Shown piece after piece: positions 1 to 10,448 of a DNA stretch of 64,000 bases (positions are counted from its first letter, which is position 1; every line of letters starts with the position of its first letter). The translations under genes and the position numbers were made by a program. A model generated the notes under the pieces. That model saw only the letters and a program-made list of their open reading frames with translations, was not told where the DNA came from and did not search any database. This stretch comes from Gammaproteobacteria bacterium (GTDB lineage Bacteria > Bacteroidota > Bacteroidia > Flavobacteriales_D > JABDKJ01). Location: the NCBI GenBank assembly GCA_047638815.1, contig JBLIMR010000002.1:168945-232944 (forward strand). Reading direction: 5' to 3'.

Positions 1-755
1 CATATGACCAACATGTTCCGGTCTTATCTGGTGGTGTTGGTTTGTTAGTGACACAAGATGTTGCCGGAAAAGGGACTTTGAAAACGACATCTGCTACAGG
101 TGTTTATTCATATCAAAGACCAATAAATAGATATTTCTCGATTAAAATAGGTCTTGCCGCGGCATATGTGCAAAAGACGTTAGACTGGGGAAGATTAACA
201 TTTGGGGATCAAATTGACACTAGAAGAGGATTTATTTTTAAAACAAATGAAATTGCGAGAGGGGGTACTAAATCTTTCGTTGATTTCTCAGGTGGTATTC
301 TAGGCTTTAGTGATAAATTTTACTTTGGAGCAGCAGCTCATCACATAAATCAACCAAATGAGTCGCTTGTGCTTGGCACAAGTAGATTACCGATAAGATT
401 CACAGGACACGCAGGAATGGTATTGCCATTGGCAGCTAAAGGGAGAGGGACTAAGGAGTCTTCGATATCACCAAATGTATTATATCAAGTTCAAGATGAT
501 TTGACTCAAATAAATATCGGAGTTTATATCCAAAAAGGTCCATTAGTTTTTGGCGCTTGGCACAGAGTTAACGATTCATTCATAGGATTACTTGGAATTC
601 ATGCGGGGAACATGAAAATAGGATACTCTTATGACCTTACAACCTCTAAACTAACACCTACAACCGGTGGAGCACATGAAGTTTCAGTCTCTACCACACT
701 AAAATGTAAGAAAAGAAAAGTAACAATGAGAGCAATAAATTGCCCATCATTTTAG
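1..755 (+). CDS. PorP/SprF-family type IX secretion membrane protein (5' end outside window)
   Basis: The frame is open to the window edge (YDQHVPVLSGGVGLLVTQDV precedes the tracked TTG at 42). The sequence is beta-strand-rich and ends GGAHEVSVSTTL...INCPSF, an ending I associate with PorP/SprF proteins. It lies directly upstream of gldJ. Confidence 0.6.
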   Translation, partial: YDQHVPVLSGGVGLLVTQDVAGKGTLKTTSATGVYSYQRPINRYFSIKIGLAAAYVQKTLDWGRLTFGDQIDTRRGFIFKTNEIARGGTKSFVDFSGGILGFSDKFYFGAAAHHINQPNESLVLGTSRLPIRFTGHAGMVLPLAAKGRGTKESSISPNVLYQVQDDLTQINIGVYIQKGPLVFGAWHRVNDSFIGLLGIHAGNMKIGYSYDLTTSKLTPTTGGAHEVSVSTTLKCKKRKVTMRAINCPSF

Positions 756-796
756 TTTATTCGAACAAGGAAAATTTAACATAACACAGAAATCAA

Positions 797-2539
797 ATGA
801 AACCAGTATTTCAAAGCATAGTTAAAATTTCTTTCATCTTAGCAATCAGTGGATTTGTTTTGTCTTCTTGTACAAAGGAGACTTCTTCAACTACTGGGTG
901 GAATGTTAATGATGAGAGTAATGGAGGATTTGAAAAGTCACCATATGTTGAACAAGAAACCGGACCAGGGCTTATCCTGATAGAAGGTGGAACATTCACA
1001 ATGGGAAGAACAGAAGAGGATGTAAACTTTGACTGGAACAATGTTCCAAGAAGAGTTACGGTATCTTCATTTTATATAGATGAAACAGAAATCACTAATC
1101 TTCATTGGAACGAATATCTATATTGGTTGAGAAGGGTATATGGAACAAACTACCCTGAAATCTATAGAAAAGCACTTCCTGACACTTTAGTTTGGAGAGA
1201 AAAGATGGCTTACAATGAGCCATATGTCGAATACTACTTGAGGCACCCTGCATATCAGGATTATCCGGTGGTTGGTGTAAACTGGCTACAGGCAAATGAT
1301 TATTGTGCATGGAGAACAGATCGTGTGAATGAAATTATCTTGATAAGAGAAGGTCTTCTAGAACATTTCCCACAACAATATGATAGTGATCACTTCTCTA
1401 CTGATGCTTATTTAGCTGGTCAGTACCAAAGTGGGAAGAAGATTGAAGGAATGCCTTCTTTGAATCCTGATGAGGAATACAGAAACGTTAACATGAATGA
1501 TGGTATTCTTCTACCAAGATATAGGCTACCTACAGAAGCTGAATGGGAATTCGCTGCTTACGGTTTGATTGGAAATTCTTTTCAAGAATTGGTAAACAAT
1601 AGAAAGATCTATCCTTGGAATGGACACTATGTAAGGAATGATGATCCGAATGACAAGCTGTATGGTGCGATGAATGCCAACTTTGTTAGAGGACGTGGAG
1701 ACTACATGGGTGTGGCTGGTAGTCTTAATGATAATGCAGATATTACTGCGCCAGTATATTCCTACCCACCAAACGATTATGGTCTATACAATATGGCTGG
1801 TAATGTTAGTGAATGGGTAATGGATGTTTATAGACCATTGACATCAGAAGATGAAAGTGAGTTTAGACCATTTAGAGGTAATGTTTTCAAGACTAAGGTT
1901 AGAAATAGTGAAGGAGGCTTAGTTGATAAGCATGAAAATGCTTTTTACGATGTGGATGGCGTTCAAAACTATCTTGAGCAATTTCAGACTATTACAGAAG
2001 ATAGACTTAGTCCAGATGAGGTTAATGTTGTTGAAGAGGCTATAAGTATTGTTTCAGAAGCAAAAACCTTTAGTGATGATAGAAAGTTTGATGATGCAAA
2101 TGAAAAGATTTTGCAAGCAGTAGAAATGATTAAGGCCAATGATGTTGAGGTTTCTGCCAAGCTTGTTGATGGCATGTCGGATTATATAGAAAGTGAGCCT
2201 GGAAGTATGAAGTGGAGAGATGTATCTGTGGAAGAAAATATCGATAGAAGGAACTACAGAGAAGCAGATTACATAGGTTATTTGGATGGAGATAAAGCAT
2301 CTAGTATATATTATGATAGAGATGAGGTTGAAGGTAACTTGATGTATGATTGGGGTGTTGTAACCTTGGTTAGCGATAGATCAAGAGTGTATAAAGGAGG
2401 TTCATGGAATGATAGAGCTTATTATCTTGTTCCATCCGCGAGAAGACACCTTGATGAAAGACATGCGAATGCTTCATTAGGCTTCAGGTGTGCTATGGAT
2501 AGAATCGGTAGTCCTCGAGGACTTGGATCTGATTATTAA
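797..2539 (+). CDS. gldJ: gliding motility lipoprotein GldJ (FGE/SUMF1-like domain)
   Basis: Lipoprotein signal (FVLSSC) followed by sulfatase-modifying-factor-like motifs GGTFTMG, RVTVSSFYIDETEITN, RLPTEAEWEFAA, GNVSEWV, YKGGSW and LGFRCA. At 580 aa it is typical of GldJ. Confidence 0.85.
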   Translation: MKPVFQSIVKISFILAISGFVLSSCTKETSSTTGWNVNDESNGGFEKSPYVEQETGPGLILIEGGTFTMGRTEEDVNFDWNNVPRRVTVSSFYIDETEITNLHWNEYLYWLRRVYGTNYPEIYRKALPDTLVWREKMAYNEPYVEYYLRHPAYQDYPVVGVNWLQANDYCAWRTDRVNEIILIREGLLEHFPQQYDSDHFSTDAYLAGQYQSGKKIEGMPSLNPDEEYRNVNMNDGILLPRYRLPTEAEWEFAAYGLIGNSFQELVNNRKIYPWNGHYVRNDDPNDKLYGAMNANFVRGRGDYMGVAGSLNDNADITAPVYSYPPNDYGLYNMAGNVSEWVMDVYRPLTSEDESEFRPFRGNVFKTKVRNSEGGLVDKHENAFYDVDGVQNYLEQFQTITEDRLSPDEVNVVEEAISIVSEAKTFSDDRKFDDANEKILQAVEMIKANDVEVSAKLVDGMSDYIESEPGSMKWRDVSVEENIDRRNYREADYIGYLDGDKASSIYYDRDEVEGNLMYDWGVVTLVSDRSRVYKGGSWNDRAYYLVPSARRHLDERHANASLGFRCAMDRIGSPRGLGSDY

Positions 2540-2566
2540 CCAACAAAAGAGTTTATAAAATTTATA

Positions 2567-2600
2567 AGCCCGTCCCGATTTTTCGGGACGGGCTTTTTTA
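2567..2600 (+). terminator. rho-independent terminator after gldJ
   Basis: agcccgtcccga-tttt-tcgggacgggct forms a perfect 12-bp GC-rich stem, followed by TTTTTTA. Confidence 0.85.
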
Positions 2601-2611
2601 TTTTTGATGAT

Positions 2612-3937
2612 ATGAAATTGGAAAAACTTTATTCACTATTCTTAGAGAACCCGAAAATAAGTACTGACACAAGAAAGATCACAGAGGGTTCTATTTTCTT
2701 TGCCTTAAAGGGGGATAACTTCAATGGAAATAAATATGCCGAAGAGGCACTTGAAAAAGGTGCATCCTATGCTATTATTGATGAAGAGAAATATAGAAAA
2801 TCTGATAATTTCATTATTGTTGATGATGTATTAAAAGCGCTGCAAGATTTAGCAACTTATCATCGATCTCAGCTAACAATTCCTGTCATTGGATTGACGG
2901 GGAGTAACGGTAAGACCACAACAAAGGAATTGATTCGCGCTGTACTTAGTCAAAAACACAACTGTCTGGCAACTGTAGGTAATCTGAATAACCATATAGG
3001 TGTGCCGTTGACTATTCTGAGCATTACGAAAGAGCACGAAATAGCCATCATCGAGATGGGCGCAAACCATGTTGGAGAGATTGAATCTTTATGTAGAATA
3101 GCTTTACCTAACTTTGGATTAATAACAAATATTGGAAGAGCTCACATTGGAGAGTTTGGTGGTTTTGATAACATTATTAAAGCGAAAACTGAATTATATA
3201 AAACAATGCTTCAGTCTAACAAACATTTAATCTTCGATAGTTCTGAGGAACAAAACGATGATAGAGTAATTTTCGTCAATGGAGATGATATGTTATTAAT
3301 GGATAAATCTGACGGTAGAAAGAGACATACTTATGGATCAAAATCAATGTATGATACGGAAGGTGTTTATCATTCGCAAGATCCATTTCTGAATGTAAGT
3401 TGGGAATCAAAAGACATTTTGATTAAAACTCAATTGATAGGGAAATATAACACGGATAATATATTGGCGGCCGTTGCCATTGGAGAGCACTTTAATGTTT
3501 CGGATAACATGATTAAAGAAGCTTTGGAAAACTATACACCAACCAACAACAGATCTCAGATTCAGAAAACGGCAAAGAACACACTCATTATGGATGCATA
3601 TAATGCCAATCCATCTAGTGTAGAGGTGGCCATTGAAAATCTTTTAACCATGGAGGCAAATAAGAAATTCTTCATTCTTGGTGACATGTTAGAATTGGGA
3701 GAAGAATCAGAAAAGGAGCATATTTGTATATATAATCTTATTAAGGACAACAATCTCAATGGTATTTTTGTCGGACCAGAGTTTCAAAAAGCGTTTAAAG
3801 AAAAGGAGGGACTAAAATCTTTTGCATCGACAAAAGAAGCAATTGATGAGATTTCAAAAATGGAGCTTAGTGACCTATTGATTTTACTGAAAGGATCCAG
3901 AGGCATGAGATTAGAAACTATATGCCCGGCACTATAA
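2612..3937 (+). CDS. murF: UDP-N-acetylmuramoyl-tripeptide--D-alanyl-D-alanine ligase
   Basis: Mur ligase P-loop GLTGSNGKTTTKEL, DAYNANPSS motif and C-terminal LLKGSRGMRLE. Confidence 0.9.
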   Translation: MKLEKLYSLFLENPKISTDTRKITEGSIFFALKGDNFNGNKYAEEALEKGASYAIIDEEKYRKSDNFIIVDDVLKALQDLATYHRSQLTIPVIGLTGSNGKTTTKELIRAVLSQKHNCLATVGNLNNHIGVPLTILSITKEHEIAIIEMGANHVGEIESLCRIALPNFGLITNIGRAHIGEFGGFDNIIKAKTELYKTMLQSNKHLIFDSSEEQNDDRVIFVNGDDMLLMDKSDGRKRHTYGSKSMYDTEGVYHSQDPFLNVSWESKDILIKTQLIGKYNTDNILAAVAIGEHFNVSDNMIKEALENYTPTNNRSQIQKTAKNTLIMDAYNANPSSVEVAIENLLTMEANKKFFILGDMLELGEESEKEHICIYNLIKDNNLNGIFVGPEFQKAFKEKEGLKSFASTKEAIDEISKMELSDLLILLKGSRGMRLETICPAL

Positions 3938-3989
3938 AAAATGCTGCCCAGAGATCCTATTGGCATTTAAAATTTCTATGTATAAACCT

Positions 3990-5132
3990 TTAACCTCTTA
4001 GAATAGCTCTAGAGATAACGATTCTGTTTACTTCAGAAGTTCCTTCGTATATCTGTGTGATTTTAGCATCTCTCATCAACCTTTCAACGTGATATTCTTT
4101 AACGAAACCATAACCACCATGCACTTGAACAGCTTCTGTTGCTGTTTTCATTGCTGTTTCTGACGCAAACACTTTCGCCATTGAGCCTGCCAAAACATAA
4201 TCTTTCCCATTGTCTTTGAGCCAAGCGGCCTTAAGACAAAGTAATCTACTTAATTCTATTTCGGTAGCCATATCCGCAAGTTTGAAGGCGATGGCTTGAT
4301 GTTGGTTAATCTCCTTGCCAAATGCTTTTCTTTCCTTAGAGTATGCTAGGGCCAACTCATAAGCTCCTGATGCAATACCCAATGCTTGCGATGCGATACC
4401 GATTCTTCCACCAGCCAAAGTTTTCATGGCAAATTTGAATCCGAATCCGTCTTCACCAATTCTATTTTCTACAGGGACACGAACATCTTGAAACATAAGA
4501 GTGTGAGTATCTGAACCTCGAATACCTAATTTATTTTCTTTGGCTCCAACGATGAAACCCTCCATGTCACGTTCAACAATAAAAGCATTGATCCCTTTGT
4601 GTTTCTTTTCAGGATCTGTTTGAGCTATCACCAAATATGTTGAAGCTGTTCTTCCATTTGTGATCCAGTTTTTAGTACCATTGAGTATATAGTGATCACC
4701 ATCCCTAACAGCTGTTGTTTTTTGCGATGTAGCATCCGAACCTGCCTCTGGTTCACTAAGGCAAAAGGCACCTATTTTTTCGCCCTTAGCAAGTGGCACC
4801 AAGTATTTTTGTTTTTGCTCCTCCGATCCGAAGGTTTCCAAACCCCAGCAAACCAATGAATTATTAACTGATATCACAACAGAAACTGATGCATCTACCT
4901 TAGATAACTCCTCCATAGCTAAAACATATGATACAGTATCCATACCACTTCCACCGTACTTCGGATCTACCATCATCCCTAAGAAGCCCAACTCACCAAG
5001 TTGTTTCACTTCCTCAGTGGCAAACTCTTGTTTTTCGTCTCTTTCAATAACACCAGGTTTAAGTACATTTTGAGCAAAATCTCTAGCTGCATCACGTACT
5101 GATAACTGTTCTTCACTAAGGCTAAAATCCAT
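3990..5132 (-). CDS. acyl-CoA dehydrogenase (short/medium-chain type)
   Basis: 380 aa with GAFCLSEPEAGSD, a QVHGGYGF-type C-terminal region and IYEGTSE motifs. Confidence 0.9.
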   Translation of the reverse strand: MDFSLSEEQLSVRDAARDFAQNVLKPGVIERDEKQEFATEEVKQLGELGFLGMMVDPKYGGSGMDTVSYVLAMEELSKVDASVSVVISVNNSLVCWGLETFGSEEQKQKYLVPLAKGEKIGAFCLSEPEAGSDATSQKTTAVRDGDHYILNGTKNWITNGRTASTYLVIAQTDPEKKHKGINAFIVERDMEGFIVGAKENKLGIRGSDTHTLMFQDVRVPVENRIGEDGFGFKFAMKTLAGGRIGIASQALGIASGAYELALAYSKERKAFGKEINQHQAIAFKLADMATEIELSRLLCLKAAWLKDNGKDYVLAGSMAKVFASETAMKTATEAVQVHGGYGFVKEYHVERLMRDAKITQIYEGTSEVNRIVISRAILRG

Positions 5133-5247
5133 GTAAAATCACGTTTTATAATTCTTTGCGAAAGTAATTCATTAACTCTATAATTCCTACAAACACTACC
5201 TTTTTCATAATTTGATTTATTCTTTTACGGATGGATACTTAAGAATA

Positions 5248-5255
5248 TATCTTTG
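5248..5255 (+). promoter_or_regulatory. candidate Bacteroidetes -7 box (TATCTTTG) for anmK
   Basis: Perfect TAnnTTTG 26 nt upstream of the ATG at 5281. No TTG -33 element occurs at the expected spacing. Confidence 0.3.
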
Positions 5256-5280
5256 GGAAGACGGAAAAATAATCTCAGGA

Positions 5281-6339
5281 ATGTCAAAAAAGTATAAAGT
5301 CATTGGTTTAATGTCCGGAACATCAATGGATGGGGTTGACTTGGCTTATTGTGAATTCGAAAACAATGGTGTTTGGAGTTACAATATTTTGTTCGGGAAG
5401 ACATATGCATACACTCAGAAATGGCAGGACTTGTTGGTTAACATTGTCGATATTGAGGATCGACACATAGAAGTTATACATCAAGATTTAGGGGAGTATT
5501 ATGGGCGTTTAATTCAAAATTTTTGTCAAGAATTTCAGGTTGTCCCTGATTTTGTATCTTCTCATGGTCATACAGTTTTTCATCAACCTGAGATGGGTAA
5601 AACACTGCAGATAGGCAGTGGTAGTAGTATAGGTAGGTTAACCCATTTGACCGTAGTCAATGACTTTAGATCAAAAGATATTAAGCTAGGTGGCCAAGGA
5701 GCACCTTTGGTACCCATTGGTGATCACCTTTTATTTTCTGAGTATGATTGCTGCCTGAATCTAGGTGGAATATCAAATATCTCGTTCCTGGAAGACGGAC
5801 AGAGGAGGGCTTATGACATTTGCCCCATGAATATGGCACTGAATGAATTGGCCAGATTAACGGGAAAAATGTATGATGATAAAGGTTCATTGGCCTCTGA
5901 AGGTCAGCTAAACGAAGATCTGCTAAATCGATTAAATGATCTGGAGTACTATAAAAAAAGTGCCCCAAAATCATTGGGTGCTGAATGGTACAAAGACAAA
6001 TTTAGAGATGTTCTTTTTGAAAAACGATTATTGACATCAGACTGCCTAAGAACAGTTGTTGAACATATTGCCATTCAAATTTCTCTTGCAACCAAACAGT
6101 ACACTAAAGGGAAGATGTTGGTTACAGGTGGTGGAGCGTTTAATGATTTTTTCATCTCAAGACTCAAAGCCCTTTGTGCGCCAGAAATTATTTTACCTGA
6201 AAAGAAGATTATTGATTACAAAGAAGCCATGATTTTTGCATTCTTAGGTGTGCTCAGAATGGAAACCAAAAATAATGTATTGAGTTCTGTGACAGGATCA
6301 TCGAAGGATCATTGTAGTGGGGTAATTCATAACCCGTAA
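5281..6339 (+). CDS. anmK: anhydro-N-acetylmuramic acid kinase
   Basis: The family N-terminus MSKKYKVIGLMSGTSMDGVDLA begins at the ATG at 5281. The tracked TTG at 5212 adds 23 residues that do not look like the family. Confidence 0.85.
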   Translation: MSKKYKVIGLMSGTSMDGVDLAYCEFENNGVWSYNILFGKTYAYTQKWQDLLVNIVDIEDRHIEVIHQDLGEYYGRLIQNFCQEFQVVPDFVSSHGHTVFHQPEMGKTLQIGSGSSIGRLTHLTVVNDFRSKDIKLGGQGAPLVPIGDHLLFSEYDCCLNLGGISNISFLEDGQRRAYDICPMNMALNELARLTGKMYDDKGSLASEGQLNEDLLNRLNDLEYYKKSAPKSLGAEWYKDKFRDVLFEKRLLTSDCLRTVVEHIAIQISLATKQYTKGKMLVTGGGAFNDFFISRLKALCAPEIILPEKKIIDYKEAMIFAFLGVLRMETKNNVLSSVTGSSKDHCSGVIHNP

Positions 6340-6408
6340 TTTTAATTTATCTTCGCGCCCATTATTTATTAGTAGAAATAAATATTAAGAAAATAAAATC
6401 AAGGAGAA

Positions 6409-7638
6409 ATGTTTGAGTTGCTTAAAAAATACGAAGAGAAGACACCAGAAATAGTTTTTGAATGGAAAGATTCTGAAACTGAGGCGAGAGGTTGGGTTGT
6501 AATAAATTCTCTGCGAGGTGGAGCTGCTGGAGGTGGCACAAGAATGAGAATAGGCTTAGACAAAAGAGAAGTCGAGTCTTTGGCCAAAACTATGGAAATC
6601 AAGTTTTCCGTTTCAGGCCCTGCTATCGGTGGTGCTAAATCAGGAATCAACTTCGATCCTAATGACCCAAGAAAAGAAGGGGTTCTGAATAGATGGTTCA
6701 AAGCAGTATCTCCTTTATTGAAAAATTATTATGGCACCGGAGGAGATTTGAATGTTGATGAGATTCATGAGGTGATTCCGATGACTGAAGAATCTGGCGT
6801 TTGGCATCCACAAGAGGGTGTTTTTAATGGTCACTTTCAACCCAACGAAGCGCAAATGATTAAGCGTATCGGAAAATTGAGAATGGGTGTCGTGAAAGTA
6901 TTGGAGGAATTTAAATACTCTCCTGACTTGAGTAGAAAGTACAAGGTAGCAGACATGATTACGGGTTTTGGTGTTTCAGAGGCTGTTAGACACTATTACA
7001 ACATTTGGGGCGGAGACATCAAAGGGAAAAGAGCAGTAGTGCAAGGTTGGGGCAATGTTGGTTCTGCAGCAGCATTTTACCTCGCTCAGGCTGGTGCCAA
7101 AGTGGTCGGAATTATCGATCGAGTTGGTGGACTCATAAATTCAGAGGGATTTACTTTTGAAGAAATCACAGAATTGTTTTTGAACAAAGATGGTAACGCA
7201 TTGAGTCATGATAATATGATGTCTTTTGAAGACGTCAACAAACAAATTTGGGATTTGAATGCTGAAATATTTTTACCCTGTGCTGCATCAAGATTAATCA
7301 CAAAAGAACAGGTCGAGAAGATGATAGCTTCAGGTATTGAAGTTGTTTCATGTGGTGCGAATGTTCCTTTTGCAGATCCAGAAATATTCTTAGGGCCAAC
7401 AGGTGATTTCGCTGACAATAATATTGCCGTTATTCCTGATTTTATTGCGAATTGTGGTATGGCACGAGTTTTTGCTTATTTGATGAGTACCGATGATCTG
7501 AACTTATCAGATGAAGCAATTTTTGAAGACACTTCAGAGATCATCAAAAATGCTCTTGTGGAGCTTAAGGGACAAGTAAATGGGAATAAAGGCTTGTCGA
7601 AAAAAGGACTAGAAATCGCACTAAATAAATTATCGTAA
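6409..7638 (+). CDS. Glu/Leu/Phe/Val-family amino-acid dehydrogenase
   Basis: Catalytic-region GGAAGGGTRM/GGAKSG motifs and a Rossmann GWGNVGS motif; 409 aa. Confidence 0.75.
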   Translation: MFELLKKYEEKTPEIVFEWKDSETEARGWVVINSLRGGAAGGGTRMRIGLDKREVESLAKTMEIKFSVSGPAIGGAKSGINFDPNDPRKEGVLNRWFKAVSPLLKNYYGTGGDLNVDEIHEVIPMTEESGVWHPQEGVFNGHFQPNEAQMIKRIGKLRMGVVKVLEEFKYSPDLSRKYKVADMITGFGVSEAVRHYYNIWGGDIKGKRAVVQGWGNVGSAAAFYLAQAGAKVVGIIDRVGGLINSEGFTFEEITELFLNKDGNALSHDNMMSFEDVNKQIWDLNAEIFLPCAASRLITKEQVEKMIASGIEVVSCGANVPFADPEIFLGPTGDFADNNIAVIPDFIANCGMARVFAYLMSTDDLNLSDEAIFEDTSEIIKNALVELKGQVNGNKGLSKKGLEIALNKLS

Positions 7639-7640
7639 GT

Positions 7641-9101
7641 ATGGAAATTTTAATGTTGGTAATATTCATTGTAGGGTACCTGTTCATTGCATTTGAACAC
7701 ACAATACATATTGATAAAGCGGCTTCAGCTCTATTGGTCGGGATGTTATGTTGGGGGCTATATGCCATAAATCCAGCAGATTTCCTTAAAATTAATCATC
7801 ATGATTCACCCACCGAGTTGGTGGAAGCTTACCAGTCAAACCCAGATAGAGCGGACTTACCAGATCAATCCAAAAAAGTTCTGGAGTTCATGGCAGAGCA
7901 TCATTCTGATGAAAATGGTCACAATGCTGAACATGGAAGTATGTCTGTGATCAGAGAGTACATAGAGTATGGCCTTAGTCATCATCTTTTTGACATTGCC
8001 AATATTCTATTCTTCCTGATAGGCGCCATGACTATCGTAGAGCTAATTGATGCTCATGAGGGATTTGCTGTTATTACAGACAGAATAACCACAAGTAATA
8101 AGGTCAAATTAATGTGGATTCTAGCATTGATTACTTTTTTCTTGTCAGCTGCATTGGACAACCTAACAACTACAATTGTTATGGTTTCATTACTTAGGAA
8201 ACTAATTACCGATACAAAAACGAGATGGTTCTTTGCAGGTTTTGTTGTTATCGCAGCAAATGCAGGTGGAGCATGGTCACCAATTGGCGATGTAACAACA
8301 ACTATGTTATGGATAAAAGGCCAATTGCCTGAAACGCTTGTTATCATAAAAGAACTAATCCTACCTAGTTTGGTAGCCACTATTGTGCCATTGATACTTG
8401 TAAGTTTCTTTATGAAAGGAGATGTTTTAAGGCCAAAATTTTCAGATTCAGATGAGCATTTCTCCAATCCAACAACTGAAAGGGAAAGAAACTTGGTCTT
8501 CTTTTTAGGATTACTTGGACTGTTGTTTGTTCCGGTTTTTAAAACGGTAACACACCTTCCTCCGTTCATGGGCATGATGTTTAGTTTAGGAGTCTTATGG
8601 GCAGTGACTGAAGTACTTCACCGATCTAAAAACACAGAAGTCAAGAGTCATTTATCTGTGATTGGAGTCCTTCGAAAAATTGATACCGCAAGTGTATTAT
8701 TCTTCTTAGGGATATTGTTAGCGGTAGCTGCTTTGCAGGAAGTTGGTCATTTGGCAAAATTGGCAATAGGATTGGAAACAGTCTTCAACAACAACATTTA
8801 TTACATCAATATTGCCATTGGTTTATTGAGTGCAATCGTAGATAATGTGCCTTTAGTAGCAGCAGCCCAAGGAATGTATCCTATTGCAGAGGCTGGAGCC
8901 TTCGCAGAAAGCGGAATATTTTGGCAATTTTTAGCCTACTGTGCAGGCACAGGTGGAAGTGCATTGATAATTGGTTCTGCAGCTGGTGTCGCGGCTATGG
9001 GGTTGGAGAAAATCAACTTCTTCTGGTACATTAAGAACATTTCTCTATACGCCATTGTAGGATATCTAGCCGGTGCTGGTGTATACATGTTGATGCACTA
9101 A
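7641..9101 (+). CDS. nhaD: NhaD-type Na+/H+ antiporter (CitMHS-fold permease)
   Basis: 486-aa polytopic membrane protein with duplicated ALDNLTTT / AIVDNVPL helix-break motifs typical of NhaD/ArsB-fold carriers. It starts 2 nt after the dehydrogenase stop. Confidence 0.6.
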   Translation: MEILMLVIFIVGYLFIAFEHTIHIDKAASALLVGMLCWGLYAINPADFLKINHHDSPTELVEAYQSNPDRADLPDQSKKVLEFMAEHHSDENGHNAEHGSMSVIREYIEYGLSHHLFDIANILFFLIGAMTIVELIDAHEGFAVITDRITTSNKVKLMWILALITFFLSAALDNLTTTIVMVSLLRKLITDTKTRWFFAGFVVIAANAGGAWSPIGDVTTTMLWIKGQLPETLVIIKELILPSLVATIVPLILVSFFMKGDVLRPKFSDSDEHFSNPTTERERNLVFFLGLLGLLFVPVFKTVTHLPPFMGMMFSLGVLWAVTEVLHRSKNTEVKSHLSVIGVLRKIDTASVLFFLGILLAVAALQEVGHLAKLAIGLETVFNNNIYYINIAIGLLSAIVDNVPLVAAAQGMYPIAEAGAFAESGIFWQFLAYCAGTGGSALIIGSAAGVAAMGLEKINFFWYIKNISLYAIVGYLAGAGVYMLMH

Positions 9102-9329
9102 GTTCACATCAATTCAGCGTTTAGCCCAATTGACAAGTTGAGGTTTAAAAGTAGGCTCCTCTTTTAATTTCTATCTAGGGATTAGCTGTAGTTTCATCTA
9201 TTCTTTATTTCTCGAGCATGCATGCAAGTTTCTGAATGTTTTCTATTGATCGCATATTGAAAATTTGAATTCTAATCGATTTTCGAGTAAATAAATATTG
9301 AAAAGAAACGTTAATCCAAAAAGGAAAAA

Positions 9330-10040
9330 ATGAATTTATTGATTTGGTGGCAAATGACAGTGCTTGGTGATTCTACAACTGTTGATGGGGAATTGCTAGT
9401 AGAAGGAGTCGGAACAGAGACTATTTCCATTGTAGATATGATTGTTCAGGGGGGGTGGTATATTATGATTCCATTGGCGATACTGTCGGTCATAGCCATA
9501 TATATTTTCATCGAAAGATTTCTCGCTATTACCAAAGCTTCAAAAATAGAAAAGGACTTTATGAATAGAATAAAGGACTACATTTTTGATGGTAAAATGG
9601 AAACAGCCATGGATCTGTGCAAGCAAAATGATCGCCCACTATCAAGAATGATAGGGAAAGGTATTTCGCGCATTGGTAAACCAACAAGTGAGATAAGTGC
9701 ATCTATTGAAAACGTTGGGAAACTTGAAATATACAAAATGGAGCGGGGATTGAATACACTTGCCACTGTTGCAGGTGCCGCCCCAATGATTGGTTTCCTT
9801 GGGACTGTAATTGGAATGATAGTTACTTTTCATCAAATGAGTATTAGCGCTAATGGTGTTGAAATAAAACAATTATCAGGAGGTATAATGCAAGCAATGG
9901 TAACCACTGTTGCAGGATTGATTATTGGAATTATTGCATATATAGCTTACAACACATTAGTGAGTAAGGTAGATAAAGTAGTTCATGAGTTAGAAGGAGC
10001 TTCTGAGGATTTTATCGATTTACTAGAAGAACCGGCTTAA
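9330..10040 (+). CDS. exbB: MotA/TolQ/ExbB proton-channel protein
   Basis: Three transmembrane segments, a conserved LATVAGAAPMIGFLGTVIGM segment, and exbD immediately downstream. Confidence 0.85.
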   Translation: MNLLIWWQMTVLGDSTTVDGELLVEGVGTETISIVDMIVQGGWYIMIPLAILSVIAIYIFIERFLAITKASKIEKDFMNRIKDYIFDGKMETAMDLCKQNDRPLSRMIGKGISRIGKPTSEISASIENVGKLEIYKMERGLNTLATVAGAAPMIGFLGTVIGMIVTFHQMSISANGVEIKQLSGGIMQAMVTTVAGLIIGIIAYIAYNTLVSKVDKVVHELEGASEDFIDLLEEPA

Positions 10041-10049
10041 TAAAAACGT

Positions 10050-10442
10050 ATGAACTTAAGACCAAGAAATAAAGTAAATCCTACTTTCAACATGTCCTCA
10101 ATGACGGACTTGGTTTTCCTATTGCTCATATTTTTCATTATCTTGAGTACCATGGTTAGCCCCTATTCTCTTCCGGTGGATTTACCGAATGGGAAGAATA
10201 AAAATTCGGAGGTTCAATCGGTATCCTTCAGAATTGGCGCGGATCTTGTATATGCAGTCGGTAATGAAATTATTGATCGGTCTGAAATTGAATCGGCTTT
10301 AACTGAAGCATTAAGCACAAAGAAGGACAAGAGTATTATTCTCAATATAGACAAAAATGTACCTTCAGGTGACATGGTTGAAGTCTTGGGAATAGCAAAA
10401 AGAAATAAGTGGAAAATAGTAGTGGCTACAAAGCCACAATAA
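10050..10442 (+). CDS. exbD: biopolymer transport protein ExbD/TolR
   Basis: 130 aa with N-terminal NMSSMTDLVFLLLIFFI (the ExbD signature TDV/L-FLLLIFF). Confidence 0.85.
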   Translation: MNLRPRNKVNPTFNMSSMTDLVFLLLIFFIILSTMVSPYSLPVDLPNGKNKNSEVQSVSFRIGADLVYAVGNEIIDRSEIESALTEALSTKKDKSIILNIDKNVPSGDMVEVLGIAKRNKWKIVVATKPQ

Positions 10443-10448
10443 TATTAA

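Noticed and set aside
2599-2606. TATTTTTG (-7-box match) 5 nt before murF
   Set aside because: It is formed by the T-tract of the gldJ terminator, with no -33 element. It is probably coincidental, so I did not list it as a promoter.
5212-5280. N-terminal extension of anmK from the TTG at 5212
   Set aside because: The family-typical N-terminus (MSKKYKVIGLMSGTSMDGVD) starts at the ATG at 5281, and a TAnnTTTG box lies inside the extension.
8054-8575. 173-aa antisense ORF inside the antiporter gene
   Set aside because: The sense strand encodes a coherent polytopic transporter. The antisense product has no motif support.
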